Shown here: positions 1 through 10,527 of the stretch, one piece after another
Numbering within the stretch: position 1 is the first letter of the stretch
How the letters are laid out: each line of letters starts with the position of its first letter
Assembly (NCBI GenBank): GCA_963753345.1
Contig: CAVWBU010000018.1
Location: 64,001 to 128,000 of the forward strand
Source of the DNA: an uncultured Fibrobacterota bacterium
GTDB lineage: Bacteria; Fibrobacterota; Chitinivibrionia; Chitinivibrionales; FEN-1185
DNA: 64,000 bases
Reading direction: 5' to 3'
Made by a program: the position numbers and the translations under genes
Notes under the pieces: generated by a model
What the model was told of the DNA's origin: nothing
What the model saw: the letters and a program-made list of their open reading frames with translations, nothing else
The model's database searches: none

Positions 1-883
1 GGTGCGGGTTGGCGATGTCGCCGGTCTGATTGAACACATACGCCTGGCCGGCCGCAATGGTTTGCTGCGTTCCCGGCAGATCGAGCGCCACGTTGCCGGC
101 GGCGTCCACCACCTTGACGTCAAGCGACACATTTTGTGAAGATGCGCCGTCGTTGCGGACGTTCGTCTGGATGTTGACTGTTGCCGAGGCGTCGGTGGCG
201 GTCACCGCCGCGGTATAGGTGCCCCACTGGTTGAGCACCGAATACACGTTGAGCGGCACATGGACATTGTCGGTGATGTGCATCCACACGGGGCGAAACA
301 GTCCGCCGTCGGACTGGCCGAACCGGAAGCCCTCGGCAAACCCGGGGTCGTTGTAAAAGCCGCCGCTCTTGCCCACACGCACGGCAAGGACATTGTCCGT
401 TCCTCCGAAATTCACGTACGGGGTGAGATCGACCACAAACCCGATAAACCCGATCACATGGGTGGCATTCGGGTTGACCGCGCTGTTTCCGGGAATGAGC
501 GTGCCGTTGATATACACCTGACAGCCCACGTGCGCGCCTTCGAATTCAACAAAGACCTTTCTCGCGGCGTAGGCCGCATCGAGCGTGAAATGCTTTCTGT
601 ACCAGACCGTGCCGGGCATCACCGTGCCGTCGTTGCCGCCCATTGACATGTTGAGAAACGTGCCGGTGTCGTCGTAGGTGTGGGGGATGCCCACGTCTTT
701 CCACGAGGCGTCGCCGAGCGTGGTGCTCTGGCCGCCGATCACGTCGGTTTTTGTGAATTTCCAGGGCGTCTGGCCGAGGTTGATGGTTACTCTATTGCTC
801 GGCTCGCCGGTGTAGGTTTGGGCAAGGCATGATGCCGCCGATAGGAGAGCTGCAAGGATGAGGATGAAGGTTTTGTTTGGCAT
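1..883 (-). CDS. Glycoside hydrolase family 2 protein, secreted (5' part; runs off the window)
   Basis: Manual translation from ATG at 883: MPNKTFILILAALLSAASCLAQTYTGEPSNRVTINLGQTPWKF...GIPHTYDD...WYRKHFTL...FEGAHVG; collinear with the two adjacent GH2 paralogs. Confidence 0.88.
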   Translation of the reverse strand, partial: MPNKTFILILAALLSAASCLAQTYTGEPSNRVTINLGQTPWKFTKTDVIGGQSTTLGDASWKDVGIPHTYDDTGTFLNMSMGGNDGTVMPGTVWYRKHFTLDAAYAARKVFVEFEGAHVGCQVYINGTLIPGNSAVNPNATHVIGFIGFVVDLTPYVNFGGTDNVLAVRVGKSGGFYNDPGFAEGFRFGQSDGGLFRPVWMHITDNVHVPLNVYSVLNQWGTYTAAVTATDASATVNIQTNVRNDGASSQNVSLDVKVVDAAGNVALDLPGTQQTIAAGQAYVFNQTGDIANPH

Positions 884-941
884 GTGGGGTCCTTGAATTA
901 AGGTTATCTGAAACAGTAATTGATTAACGATAAGAGAAATT

Positions 942-1097
942 GGGCGTTCCCCTCGTCTTCGTCAAGACTCAGGCTCGGGTCGGCCGTCCTTCCGGTCTCG
1001 GCCGCAGGCCTCGGGCCGCCTCGGCCCTATGGCCCACAGGGCCGGGTCCGGGCGGCATCCCGCTCTGGCGCGGACCTCCAGTCCGGCCTAACGCGCG
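942..1097 (+). repeat. Structured intergenic motif A, copy 1
   Basis: GGGCGTTCCCC...GGTCGG...CTCGGCC..GGCCTCG...CAGTCC..CCTAACGCG, shared with 7 other copies. Confidence 0.8.
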
Positions 1098-1158
1098 CAA
1101 ACCGTTATTGTCATCAGTCAATTTATTCTCGCGCCAATCGGAATGCTCAAGACCGTCG

Positions 1159-1267
1159 CCTCACCCCGGCCGCCATGGCGGCCACCCCTCTCCACAAGTG
1201 GAGAGGGGAATACAATCAGCATTTTGGACTCCCTTCTCCACGCTGTGGAGAAGGGCTGGGGATGAGG
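1159..1267. repeat. Inverted pair of REP-like palindromes (CCTCACCCC...CCCTCTCC-N-GGAGAGGG type)
   Basis: Hairpins CCCCTCTCCAC/GTGGAGAGGGG and CCCTTCTCCAC/GTGGAGAAGGG; outer ends CCTCACCCC / GGGGATGAGG; same family as 4366-4474. Confidence 0.75.
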
Positions 1268-1295
1268 CGAAACGATTGCGCGACCAATCGGCTCC

Positions 1296-1372
1296 TCAAC
1301 TTTTCAACTATTCAACTTCTTCTTCTCAACTCCTTGGCGTTTCAACTATTCAACGTTTCAACTTTTCAACTA
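1296..1372 (+). repeat. Low-complexity TCAACT tandem repeats (spacer before motif B)
   Basis: tcaacttttcaactattcaact...tttcaactattcaacgtttcaacttttcaact; similar tracts precede motif B at about 14400-14450 (minus) and 48720-48740. Confidence 0.7.
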
Positions 1373-1380
1373 TACTCCTT

Positions 1381-1487
1381 GGGTGCCCCCGCACAGGTGT
1401 CTGGTTCTGCCACTGCTTCCACTTGGGGTGCACCCAGGAGGGGGTAGCGGAGGACCGCAGGGCCGCAGCGAGGGGGATGCTTCCCCC
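1381..1487 (+). repeat. Structured intergenic motif B, copy 1
   Basis: GGGTGCCCCCGCAC...GGGGTGCACCC AGGAGGGGGTAGCG...GAGGGGGATGCTTCCCCC. Confidence 0.8.
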
Positions 1488-1502
1488 GCACAAATATTAT
1501 TA

Positions 1503-4290
1503 TTATCTAGCAATCACCACCCTTTTCACCATCTCCTGTCCGTCAACTAACGCATCTGACAACATATACGCCGTTGGCAAGCAATGACCTCAGGCCAACA
1601 ATAGGATGCCATCCTTCCGCCTGCAAGGACCTCGGAACACGCGCAACAATTCTTCCGCCCGCATCCACAACGTCAACCGACACTTTTGCCGCTCCGCTCA
1701 GATAATATTGTACCATCGCTCCAGTCTGTCTGATCCTGAAATCGAGTGCGGCGCGATGTGCGCCTTGTGGGGCAGGTAACAATACAGACACGGTGGGCGG
1801 CGGCGGCACGGGATACACGGTAAACGAGGTTGTTCCCTGGCCCAGCCCTGCCGAGGTCGCGGTGACGTTTACCGTGCCGGCGGTGAATGTGGAGCGGACG
1901 GCCACCTTGCACATGCCGCCTTCGGCCGAAAGGTTCGGGTCGCCGGGCGCATGATAATTCGCGCCGCCGGGGCCGATCATCTGATCGGCGCCTCCCCGGT
2001 AATTTCCCGGACCGCTAACGCTGAAAGTAATTACGTGGCTGTCCGTGGGGCACCAGGTGCCGTTTGCGTCCACCACCGTTGCGAGAATGAATGCCGCGTC
2101 CGTTGCATTGGCCGTGATCTTGAAGGTGTCGCCGGTGGCCGGATTCACGACCGGCGCGGCGACGGAAAGGGCAATGTGGTCAGGGGCGCCGGCGGTGACT
2201 TTCTGGTCGGAACACACGACGTTTCCATTGGCGTCCAAACCCTGGGCCGTAACTGTGCCTGTCTGCCAGGTTACGTTCCATGTACATTGATGCGCAAAAA
2301 GCGCGTTGGCGTTGCCCGTGTCCGGATACGGCGCTTGATCGTTGCCCTGTTTGACCCCGTTGACAAGCAGTCGCACCGTGGGGCAGTTGGAAAACGCGTT
2401 GACCGTGATCGCACCCGTTCGGTTCCAGTGGTGCGCGAGCGACACCACCGGCCGCACCGAATACGGCAGCCAGCACGCCTGGTATATTTTGTAAAGCATT
2501 TTCGGGATGCGGTTCCAGTCCATCATCGAACAGGCGAAATTCCTGCCCGTGCCGCTTTCGCCGGGCGATTCGGCCATGTACCACTGGCACATGCCGAAGG
2601 CCTTCACATACTTGCCGTATTTCCAGTTCTGCATGTAGACCTGGGCGAAATTGAGCTCGCCGTCGTAATCGAACCGGACTCCTTTGGTGTAGAACCCTTC
2701 GGCCCCGAAGGCGGGTTTGGTGGGCGCGATGCAGCAATGGAGGCCTCCCTCGCATCCGTCAAGAGAACAGGCTATCACCTGGTCCACCGCCATGTCGGAC
2801 TGGTCGTTGCCGCGGTCCTCCTGCGCGCGGGGCATGAGCGAGTCCCATTTGACCACCGTATCCCTGAGCGTCACATCGAACGCATGGTCGATGGGCGCGT
2901 TGCTGCATTCCCAGAGAAGGATGCTTGGATCGTTCCGGTCCCGCACGATCATGTCGCGATGGCATTCGCTCTTGAGCGCCTCGTTGAGCGAATCGGCGTG
3001 CGGCGTGCCGAGCGCCAGGTTTGCGGTCATGAACGAGCCTTCGTCGTCGCCGCTCGGCTGGGCGATCATGACGCCGAATGCGTCGCATGCTTCCACGAAT
3101 TCGTGCGAGCAGGTGGAATGGCCGGGCCGCCACAATCGTCCGCCGCAATCGGCGAGTGTCTTGACATCGCGCCACTGCTGTTCCTCCGGAACCGCGGTCC
3201 CCAGCGCGGGGTAGTCGTATCGGCCGGCCGCGCCCCAGAGATAATGGGGATGACCGTTAACAATGGGAAAATCGGTGTCCCACGTGAGGGTCCGGATGCC
3301 GAGCGGGCTGGTGAAAACGTCGACCGTCTTCCCGCCCACCTTTACAATGTGATACACTTTGTAGAGATACGGCCTGCCGTAGATGCTCGCATTGGGATAC
3401 CACAGGTGCGGGGTGTTTATGGTTGCCGTCTGGTCGAACACGTAGCACGCGCCTGCGTTGACGACATGGGAATCATCGGCGGACCACACCACGGTGCCGG
3501 CCGAATCCACCACCTTGGTGGTGAGGGCAACGGTGACGCCGCCGGCGTTTTCGTTCTGGACGTTGGTAAGGACCCGCACCGTGGCCGACGCATCCGAGGC
3601 CGCCGTCGTCGCCACGCACGTGCCCCAGTTATTGACAACGGAGAACACGTTGAGGGGAATGTGCACCTTGTCGGTCACGTGCATCCACACGGGCCTAAAC
3701 AGTCCGCCGTCGCCCTGGCCGAACCGGAAGTCGTTCGAAAAACTCGGATAGGTGAACCAGGCCGAGCTGGTGGCCACGCGGACCGCCAGAACATTGTCGC
3801 TGCCGTCGAGCTTGACATACTGGGTGATGTCCACCACGAACGGCAAAAAACCGATCACGTGCGTGGCCTGCGGGTTTACCGTGCTGTTGCCCGGAATAAA
3901 CGTTCCGTTGATGTACACCTGCGCGCCGACGTGCGCGCCTTCGAACTCGATAAAGATCTTCTTCCCCGAGTACCCGTTGTCCAAGGTGAAATGCTTACGG
4001 TACCAGCCGGTTATCCCCAAAAGCGCGCCTGCGTTCCCGCCTGCGTCCATGTTGAGGAAGGTGTTCATGTCGTTCCAGGTGTGCGGGATTCCGACCGTGC
4101 TCCACGCTGCGTCGCTGAAGGTCGTTCCCTGTGCGCCGATCGGATCGGACTGGATGAATTTCCACGGGGTGGCGCCGAGGTTGATTTTTGCGCGGTTGCT
4201 CGGTTCACCGTTGTAGTTTTGCGCAAGCGTTGCTGCGGAGAAAACGGTCAGGGTTATGATAAGTGAAATGACAGAGGTCGTTGATCGCAT
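1503..4290 (-). CDS. Glycoside hydrolase family 2 protein with T9SS-tail-like C-terminus; +1 frameshift near 1548 clips about 15 C-terminal residues
   Basis: 915-aa ORF with signal peptide, WYRKHF, FEGAH, LWYP, GIRT and RDRNDPS GH2 motifs; shifted frame continues LVDGQEMVKRVVIAR* to 1503, matching the paralog end VNGQDWYVKRVMMMR. Confidence 0.88.
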
Positions 4291-4365
4291 GGTTCCCCCC
4301 TTTTTTACTGATTAAAAACTATGCGTGCTGCGCACTGAGATGTGTCGATGGTTGCTCTGCTCCAA

Positions 4366-4474
4366 CCTCATCCCCCGGCCCCTTCTCCCGCAGGAGAAGG
4401 GGAGTAAGACGACCAAACTGAAATTCCCCTCTCCCTGTGGGAGAGGGGTGGCCGCGTCAGCGGCCGGGGTGAGG
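4366..4474. repeat. Inverted pair of REP-like palindromes
   Basis: CCTCATCCCCCGGCCCCTTCTCCCGCAGGAGAAGGGG ... CCCCTCTCCCTGTGGGAGAGGGG...CCGGGGTGAGG. Confidence 0.75.
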
Positions 4475-4508
4475 TTACACGAAATCGAAGGTCACTCCCT
4501 TTGCCGCA

Positions 4509-7316
4509 TCATCTCATCATCATAACCCGCTTCACATACCAGTCCTGCCCATTCACCGTGCAGCGGATAAGGTACACGCCGTTGCTCATCGCGTTGCCAC
4601 CCGCCGCACCAGCCCTGAGAGGAATCGCATGCCACCCGCTTTGTTGCTGGGCGTTCGGAACCCGGCACACGACCCTTCCGCTTGCGTCAAGAATGTCAAC
4701 GCTGACAAACGCTTTTTCAGTCATATAATATCTCACCATACCTCCTGTCATGGAGATGGCAAGCTTCGGCATTGACAAAGGCGCAACGGCGCGGACCGGC
4801 GCGTACGTTGCAACAGTGTCGCTGAAAGGATACACGGTGAACGACGTTGCCGCGGCCGCCCCCAGTCCCGGCGATGTCGCGCTCACGGTCACAACACCGG
4901 GAGTAAACGTTGCGCGCACCGCCACCTTGCACTTGCCGCCTTCGGCGGCAAGCTCGGGATCCATTGGGGAATGATAATAAAGCGGCATTCCGGTGGTGAC
5001 AAACTGGTCGCTGCCGCCGCGATAGCTGCCTGCCGCGCCGGAAACGCTGAAGGTGACAAAATGGCTGTCGGTCGGGCACCAGTTGCCGTTGGCATCAACC
5101 ACGGTCGCAAGAATAAAGGCGGCGTCCGAGCCATCGGCCATGATCTTGAACGTTTCGCCGTCCGGCTTCACCAGCGGCGGTTCAACGCTCAGAACAATGT
5201 GATCCGGAGCTCCGGCGGTGACTTTCTGGTCGGAGCACACCACGTTTCCGTTTGCGTCAAGGCCCTGGGCCGTCACCGTGCCGGCCGCCCAGGTAACGTC
5301 CCAGTAACACTCGAACGGAAGCTGCGTGGATGCGGCGTCGTTGGCGTCGCCGGTGCCGGTCCACGGGTTGGGCGTCTTGACACCCTGGCTGACGCCATTC
5401 ACCAGCAGCTTGACGCTCGGGCAGTTGCTGAACGCAAACTCCCGCACCGAACCCGAGCGGTTCCAGTGATGGGAAAGCGCGACAACCGGTTCGAGCGAAT
5501 AGGGCCTCCAGCAGGCCTTGTAGGCGTAGTACAGGAATTTCGGGATCCGGCTGAAATCGACCATGGACGATCCGAATGAGCGGCAGGGCGACTTGCCGTC
5601 TGCAAACGCCCTGTCCTCTCCCGGCGTTTCGGAGAAATACCATTGACAAAGGCCGAAGCAGTTCGCCTGGATGCTCTTGCGCCAGTTCTGGAGGAATTCC
5701 GCGGCATGATAGATTTCCCAGTCGTAGGCCGCCCGCTCCGAAGCACGGCCCCACGCCTCGGCGCCAAAAGCCGGGAGTTGCGGCTGTTGGCTATGCACTC
5801 CTATTTCACATCCGGTAAGGGTGCACGAGGCAATGTCGAGCGGCGACCACGGGGACCCGCGCACATTCTGCCTGCGGGGAGCAAGAGAGTCCCATGTTGT
5901 GCCGATGGCCCGTAACTGGTCGCACAACGTCGGATCGCAGGCGCCGTTGGACGTCTCCCAGGCAAGGATCGACGGATTGTTCCTGTCGCGAATCACCATG
6001 TCCCTGTGGACTTCCTGCTTGAGTCCCGCTTGATACGCAGAATAGTTGCCGGTGGCCCAGTTGTTTTCGCCGTCGCCGCTCGGCTGAATTATCATGACGC
6101 CGTACGCGTCGCATGCCGCAACAAAAACAGGGCCTTCCGCGGAATGTCCCGGCCGCCACAGGTTGCCGCCGCACCCGGCGGTCAGCTTGATGTCGCGCCA
6201 CACCTGTTCGGCGGGTATGGCGGTGCCGAGGGCCGGATAATCGTATCTGCCGGAAGCGCCCCAGAGAAGGTGCTTGTGGCCGTTGATATAGGGGAAATTC
6301 TGGTCCCAGGTGATGGTGCGGATCCCCAGCGGCGTTTCAAAAACGTCAAGCGTGGTCGCCCCGGCTTTCACAATATGATACACCTTGTACATCTTCGGCG
6401 TGCCGAACGTGCTGTTGTTGGGATACCACAGTTGCACCGGCGACGCGTCGCCCTTCTGGTCGAACACGAAGTTCGCGCCAGCGGCCACGGTCTGCGCCTG
6501 GTCCATGGACAACACCACGCTGTTGTTCGACGGATCAACCACTTTTGTGGTGAGAGAAACGGTCTGGCTTGCAGCGCTTTCGTTCTGAACGTTGGTCAGG
6601 ATCCGCAACGTGGCCGAGGTGCCGTTTGTCGCAAGGGTGGCCGCATAGGTTCCCCATTGGTTGACAACTGAAAAGACATTGGCCGGCACATGAACCTTGT
6701 CGGTGATATGCATCCACACCGGCCGGTAAATGCCCTGATCGGCCGAGCCGAACCGGAACACCAGAGAGAAGCCCGGCCAGGTGAGGAATGCGCTCTGGCC
6801 CACCCGGACGGCAAGGACATTGTCTGCGCCGCCGAAATTCAAATTGTAACCGGTGAGGTCCACAATAAAGCCGATAAATCCCAGCACATGCGTTGCCTGG
6901 GGATTGTAGGCGCTGTTTCCCGGAATGAGCGTGCCGTTGCAGTACACCTGACATCCCACGTGCACGCCTTCGAATTCGACGAAAATTTTTCTCCCCGAAT
7001 AGTTGTTGTCCAGCGTAAAGTGCTTCCGGTACCAGCAGGTGCCTTCGAACATCGAGCCGTCGCCGCCGCCGCTGATCTGGTTTTCGAAGGTGTCGGTGTC
7101 GTTCCACGTGTGGGGAATCCCGACGTTTTTCCATCCGGCGTCGTTAAACGCGACGGCCTGGGCGCCCGCGGGGTCGGACCGCTGGAATTTCCACGGCGTG
7201 GCGCCGAAATTGATTTTGACGCGGTTGCTTTGCTCAGGAACGTAGGTTTCGGCAAAACACACCGCCGTCACCAGGATCGCCATCAAAAGCGGGGTTGTAA
7301 AAAGTTGTGTGCGCAC
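4509..7316 (-). CDS. Glycoside hydrolase family 2 protein with T9SS-tail-like C-terminus
   Basis: 935 aa, GTG start after AAGGAGG; GH2 motifs; C-terminus SVDILDASGRVV...NGVYLIR. Confidence 0.9.
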   Translation of the reverse strand: MRTQLFTTPLLMAILVTAVCFAETYVPEQSNRVKINFGATPWKFQRSDPAGAQAVAFNDAGWKNVGIPHTWNDTDTFENQISGGGDGSMFEGTCWYRKHFTLDNNYSGRKIFVEFEGVHVGCQVYCNGTLIPGNSAYNPQATHVLGFIGFIVDLTGYNLNFGGADNVLAVRVGQSAFLTWPGFSLVFRFGSADQGIYRPVWMHITDKVHVPANVFSVVNQWGTYAATLATNGTSATLRILTNVQNESAASQTVSLTTKVVDPSNNSVVLSMDQAQTVAAGANFVFDQKGDASPVQLWYPNNSTFGTPKMYKVYHIVKAGATTLDVFETPLGIRTITWDQNFPYINGHKHLLWGASGRYDYPALGTAIPAEQVWRDIKLTAGCGGNLWRPGHSAEGPVFVAACDAYGVMIIQPSGDGENNWATGNYSAYQAGLKQEVHRDMVIRDRNNPSILAWETSNGACDPTLCDQLRAIGTTWDSLAPRRQNVRGSPWSPLDIASCTLTGCEIGVHSQQPQLPAFGAEAWGRASERAAYDWEIYHAAEFLQNWRKSIQANCFGLCQWYFSETPGEDRAFADGKSPCRSFGSSMVDFSRIPKFLYYAYKACWRPYSLEPVVALSHHWNRSGSVREFAFSNCPSVKLLVNGVSQGVKTPNPWTGTGDANDAASTQLPFECYWDVTWAAGTVTAQGLDANGNVVCSDQKVTAGAPDHIVLSVEPPLVKPDGETFKIMADGSDAAFILATVVDANGNWCPTDSHFVTFSVSGAAGSYRGGSDQFVTTGMPLYYHSPMDPELAAEGGKCKVAVRATFTPGVVTVSATSPGLGAAAATSFTVYPFSDTVATYAPVRAVAPLSMPKLAISMTGGMVRYYMTEKAFVSVDILDASGRVVCRVPNAQQQSGWHAIPLRAGAAGGNAMSNGVYLIRCTVNGQDWYVKRVMMMR

Positions 7317-7650
7317 GCGAAGTCCCTCCTTGTTTTTGTTGACAGCCGCAATTCATTTTTTCGCCGTATGATAATATAACGGCACGGGCTTCCCTGCGAC
7401 TCGGAATTGTGCGAGCCGGTGCATTGTTCGTTACATGTTTGTGTAACGGATAATACGGTATCTGCCATCATTTTCCGCCGGGAAAGACCCTGCATGTTTA
7501 TATTATTGAACATCGATGATTGATTTCGCCAAAGTCAATCAAGCCCGGTTGCGCATGGCCTTACTCGCTTGCCGACGAGATCATCAACCTTGACGGAAAG
7601 GTTTATTTGCTGATCGACACGGGTGTGCCGGTCGGAACGATTGAGGACCT

Positions 7651-8823
7651 ATGAGAATATCACATCAACCTGTATTGTTCGCTTTCGCGGGAATGGTACT
7701 GTTGGCACTCGCGGCCGGAAGCTTTGCAGCAGGCGGAACGGAGAAAATCGTGGTAACCAACAACTGTCCCATTACGCTGTGGATGCATTTCACCGAAATG
7801 CCGTATACCGCGGATATCAACGGCGGCAAGCCCCAGAAGATGCTTCCCAACACCACCGTGATATACGATTCGCTGCCGGATTTCGGCGCCGGAAGGTGCT
7901 GGGCCTATTACAAAGACCCCGGCGATGTGGTCAACAAATACGCACCCATTTCATCCTACAACGGTTTCGTGGAAATGACTGTGAGCGGCGGGCCCACCGG
8001 TGTGCAGAACTACAACATTTCCTTTGTCGACTATGCCACGCTGCCGGTCAAGGTGACGGGAGCCGGAAAAAACTGCATCCCGACCATCGTGCCCGTCAGC
8101 TTTGCCGAAATGCAGAACCAGCTCACAAACGGGTGCCCCACGCAGCTCGCCGATTACATTGACAGCCTGGGAATAGGCAGGTGTCTTTCTTCCTATTTCT
8201 ACTGCGTTCAGCCGGGCTTCGACACAGGGAATATTTACTGCAACAAGATGAAACTGGCCTACGGTTACGACGGCCTGGCCATCTACGGCGGTTCGTTCGG
8301 CGGCGCGTCGCAGTCGTTTTACGACTCGGTTGCCGGATGGAACCGGGGAACATTTGCCGGAGACGCGGATTCTGCCGATTACTACCTTGGCCCGGAACAG
8401 GATGCCAACGGCAAATGGGTGAAACCGTACAACCACTTTGCCAAGTGGGTTCACAAAGACCTCGACGCCGAAGTGTACGCCTTTGCCAACGACGACCATC
8501 AGAACCAAAGCGGGTTCCAGGCGTGCCCGAACTGCGGTGAGCTGGACATCACATGGTGCCCGTGCGAGGGATCATCCGTGTCGCAGGGCAAGTTCACGCC
8601 GATACTGCGCTTGCAGAATGAGAAGTTCATGCGGTATGCGCTCATCGCGCCCAGCGGGAAAACCGTGCGAACGGGCAACGCGACTTCGGTTGAAGAAGTT
8701 GGCCGGGCGCTTTCGTCCGGGCTTTCGCAGGGCGTGTATTATCTGGCGCTCTACGGCAGGGATGGAGCTTTGGCGGCAACAAAAAGGATCCTGGTTTCGG
8801 ATAGAATATCTCAAACAAGGTAG
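7651..8823 (+). CDS. Secreted GH64/thaumatin-like beta-1,3-glucanase with T9SS-tail-like C-terminus
   Basis: Signal peptide; NNCPITLW start, YNISFVD, YAFANDD, LDITWCP thaumatin/GH64-type motifs; LSQGVYYLAL tail. Confidence 0.7.
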   Translation: MRISHQPVLFAFAGMVLLALAAGSFAAGGTEKIVVTNNCPITLWMHFTEMPYTADINGGKPQKMLPNTTVIYDSLPDFGAGRCWAYYKDPGDVVNKYAPISSYNGFVEMTVSGGPTGVQNYNISFVDYATLPVKVTGAGKNCIPTIVPVSFAEMQNQLTNGCPTQLADYIDSLGIGRCLSSYFYCVQPGFDTGNIYCNKMKLAYGYDGLAIYGGSFGGASQSFYDSVAGWNRGTFAGDADSADYYLGPEQDANGKWVKPYNHFAKWVHKDLDAEVYAFANDDHQNQSGFQACPNCGELDITWCPCEGSSVSQGKFTPILRLQNEKFMRYALIAPSGKTVRTGNATSVEEVGRALSSGLSQGVYYLALYGRDGALAATKRILVSDRISQTR

Positions 8824-8835
8824 AGAGAGGGGAAC

Positions 8836-9987
8836 ATGAAGAAAATCGTCGCGGGAATGTTTTTCGTCGCGGTCCTTGCGGTCGCAATCTTTGGCGGGAC
8901 GCAGAAGGTGGTGGTGGCCAATGACTGCCCCATTACGCTATGGATCCATTTTACCGGTAATCCTGCTCCTGATGGCGGGATAACCCATAAAATGGCCCCT
9001 AACGATACCTTGACTTTCACTAACTGGCCGGATTTCGGCGCCGGAAGGTGCTGGGCCTATTATCATGATCCCGGCACAAAGACCAATACGAGTGCACCGA
9101 TCATGCCGGAAAATGGGTTTGTGGAAATGACCGTAAGCGGCGGGCCCACCGGTGTTCAGAACTACAACATTTCCTATGTCGACTATGCCACGCTGCCGGT
9201 GAAGGTTGTGGGAGGTTCACCTAATTGCATTCCGACAATTGTGCCGGTCACCTTTAATGAGATGAAGTACCAACTCTTGCACGGGTGTCCAACACAACTC
9301 AATTTTTTCGATACCGCTTTGGGAATAGGCATATGCCTTGGTTCTTACGACTACTGCGTCCAGCCGGGATACGATACCGGAAACATATACTGCAACAAGA
9401 TGTGGCTGGGCCACCACCACCACGGTACTGAAGTATACGGCGGTTCGCTTAATCCCGGTTCGAGCGACAAACTGTTTGATTCGATTGCCGCCTGGCAAAG
9501 GGGAACATTTTACCAGGATGCGGATTCTGCCGATTACTGGAAAAAGCCGGAACAAGATTCCATCGGCAATTGGGTAAATCCCTACAACCGCTATGCTAAA
9601 TGGATCCACAAAACCATGAACGCCCAGGTGTACGCATTTGCCAACGACGACCACCAGAACCAGAGCGGTTTCCAGGCGTGCCCGAACTGCGGTGAACTCG
9701 ACATCACGTGGTGCCCGTGCGAGAACGGGTGCGCGGACGATGTGTTGGCGCAGACGGCCGCGTCGCAGTTCACGCCGGTGATGCGCTTGCAGAATGAGAA
9801 GTTTATACGATACACTCTTTTCTCGCCTAACGGAAGAACCGTACGCACCGGGTTTGCCACCTCAATGGAAGAGGTGAGCCGGGCGCTCTCGGACAGGCTC
9901 ACGCTTTCGCGGGGTGTTTATTTTGTCGCGCTGTACGGGAAAGATGGGGCGTTGGCTGCAAGTAAAAGAATTTTTGCGACGTGGTAG
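8836..9987 (+). CDS. Secreted GH64/thaumatin-like beta-1,3-glucanase, tandem paralog
   Basis: Shares PDFGAGRCWAYY, EMTVSGGPTGVQNYNIS and YAFANDDHQNQSGFQACPNCGELDITWCPCE with the upstream gene. Confidence 0.7.
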   Translation: MKKIVAGMFFVAVLAVAIFGGTQKVVVANDCPITLWIHFTGNPAPDGGITHKMAPNDTLTFTNWPDFGAGRCWAYYHDPGTKTNTSAPIMPENGFVEMTVSGGPTGVQNYNISYVDYATLPVKVVGGSPNCIPTIVPVTFNEMKYQLLHGCPTQLNFFDTALGIGICLGSYDYCVQPGYDTGNIYCNKMWLGHHHHGTEVYGGSLNPGSSDKLFDSIAAWQRGTFYQDADSADYWKKPEQDSIGNWVNPYNRYAKWIHKTMNAQVYAFANDDHQNQSGFQACPNCGELDITWCPCENGCADDVLAQTAASQFTPVMRLQNEKFIRYTLFSPNGRTVRTGFATSMEEVSRALSDRLTLSRGVYFVALYGKDGALAASKRIFATW

Positions 9988-10018
9988 GATTTTTGCAACT
10001 GGAAGAAGAAATTAAATT

Positions 10019-10165
10019 GGGCGTTCCCCTCCCCCTCGACTTCGCTCGGGGTCGGGTCGGTTCTCCTTCCAGCTCGGCCTTTGGCCTCGTTGCCGGACCA
10101 CCCTATGCCTGTCGGCCGGGTCGTCCGGCAATGCGCTCTCGCGCACTTCCAGTCGCCCCTAACGC
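10019..10165 (+). repeat. Motif A, copy 2
   Basis: GGGCGTTCCCC...TTGCCGGAC...GTCCGGCAA TGCGCTCTCGCGCA...CCCTAACGC. Confidence 0.8.
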
Positions 10166-10179
10166 AAAGAGCAAATACG

Positions 10180-10479
10180 CAATCGCTGTTTCCTGCATTT
10201 CACCCATCAGTGGCGCAGCTGCGGCCGGCCATAACCGTCGCGCGGTCGTCGTTTGACAAAGTATTAAAAACAAACATGCTGTGGTACTCAATTAAGGGCG
10301 CATGCGGAACCAATCCCATACTGGGTTTGTATACGAGTACGGGAAAACGCGTGATGGAGCGCAGGATCGCAAATTCTTCGGGAAACATCCCGTTGTTCGG
10401 ATTGTCAAGAGGGATCTACTTCGTTGTTCTGAAGTCGGGACAATCGGTGCTTGCGCAGCGGGCAATGGTGGTCAGATAG
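10180..10479 (+). pseudogene. Orphan C-terminal remnant (T9SS-tail-like domain only)
   Basis: Frame encodes LGLYTSTGKRV...LSRGIYFVVLKSGQSVLAQRAMVVR* but has no signal peptide; upstream it runs into motif A. Confidence 0.55.
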
Positions 10480-10527
10480 GGGAGTGCGCCGGCATTGTCG
10501 CAAACGTAAACCAAAGGAGTCTGTCCT

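Noticed and set aside
920-1587. ORFs spanning the intergenic repeats (also 14305-14949, 34951-35814, 44646-45186, 48495-49162)
   Set aside because: They translate palindromic repeat DNA into Pro/Arg/Gly-rich sequence, lack RBS support, and frames are not kept between copies.
1951-4266. 771-aa plus-strand ORF and similar long antisense ORFs (26130-27221, 38324-39616, 39702-41132)
   Set aside because: Shadow frames opposite well-supported genes in GC-rich DNA, with no recognisable motifs.
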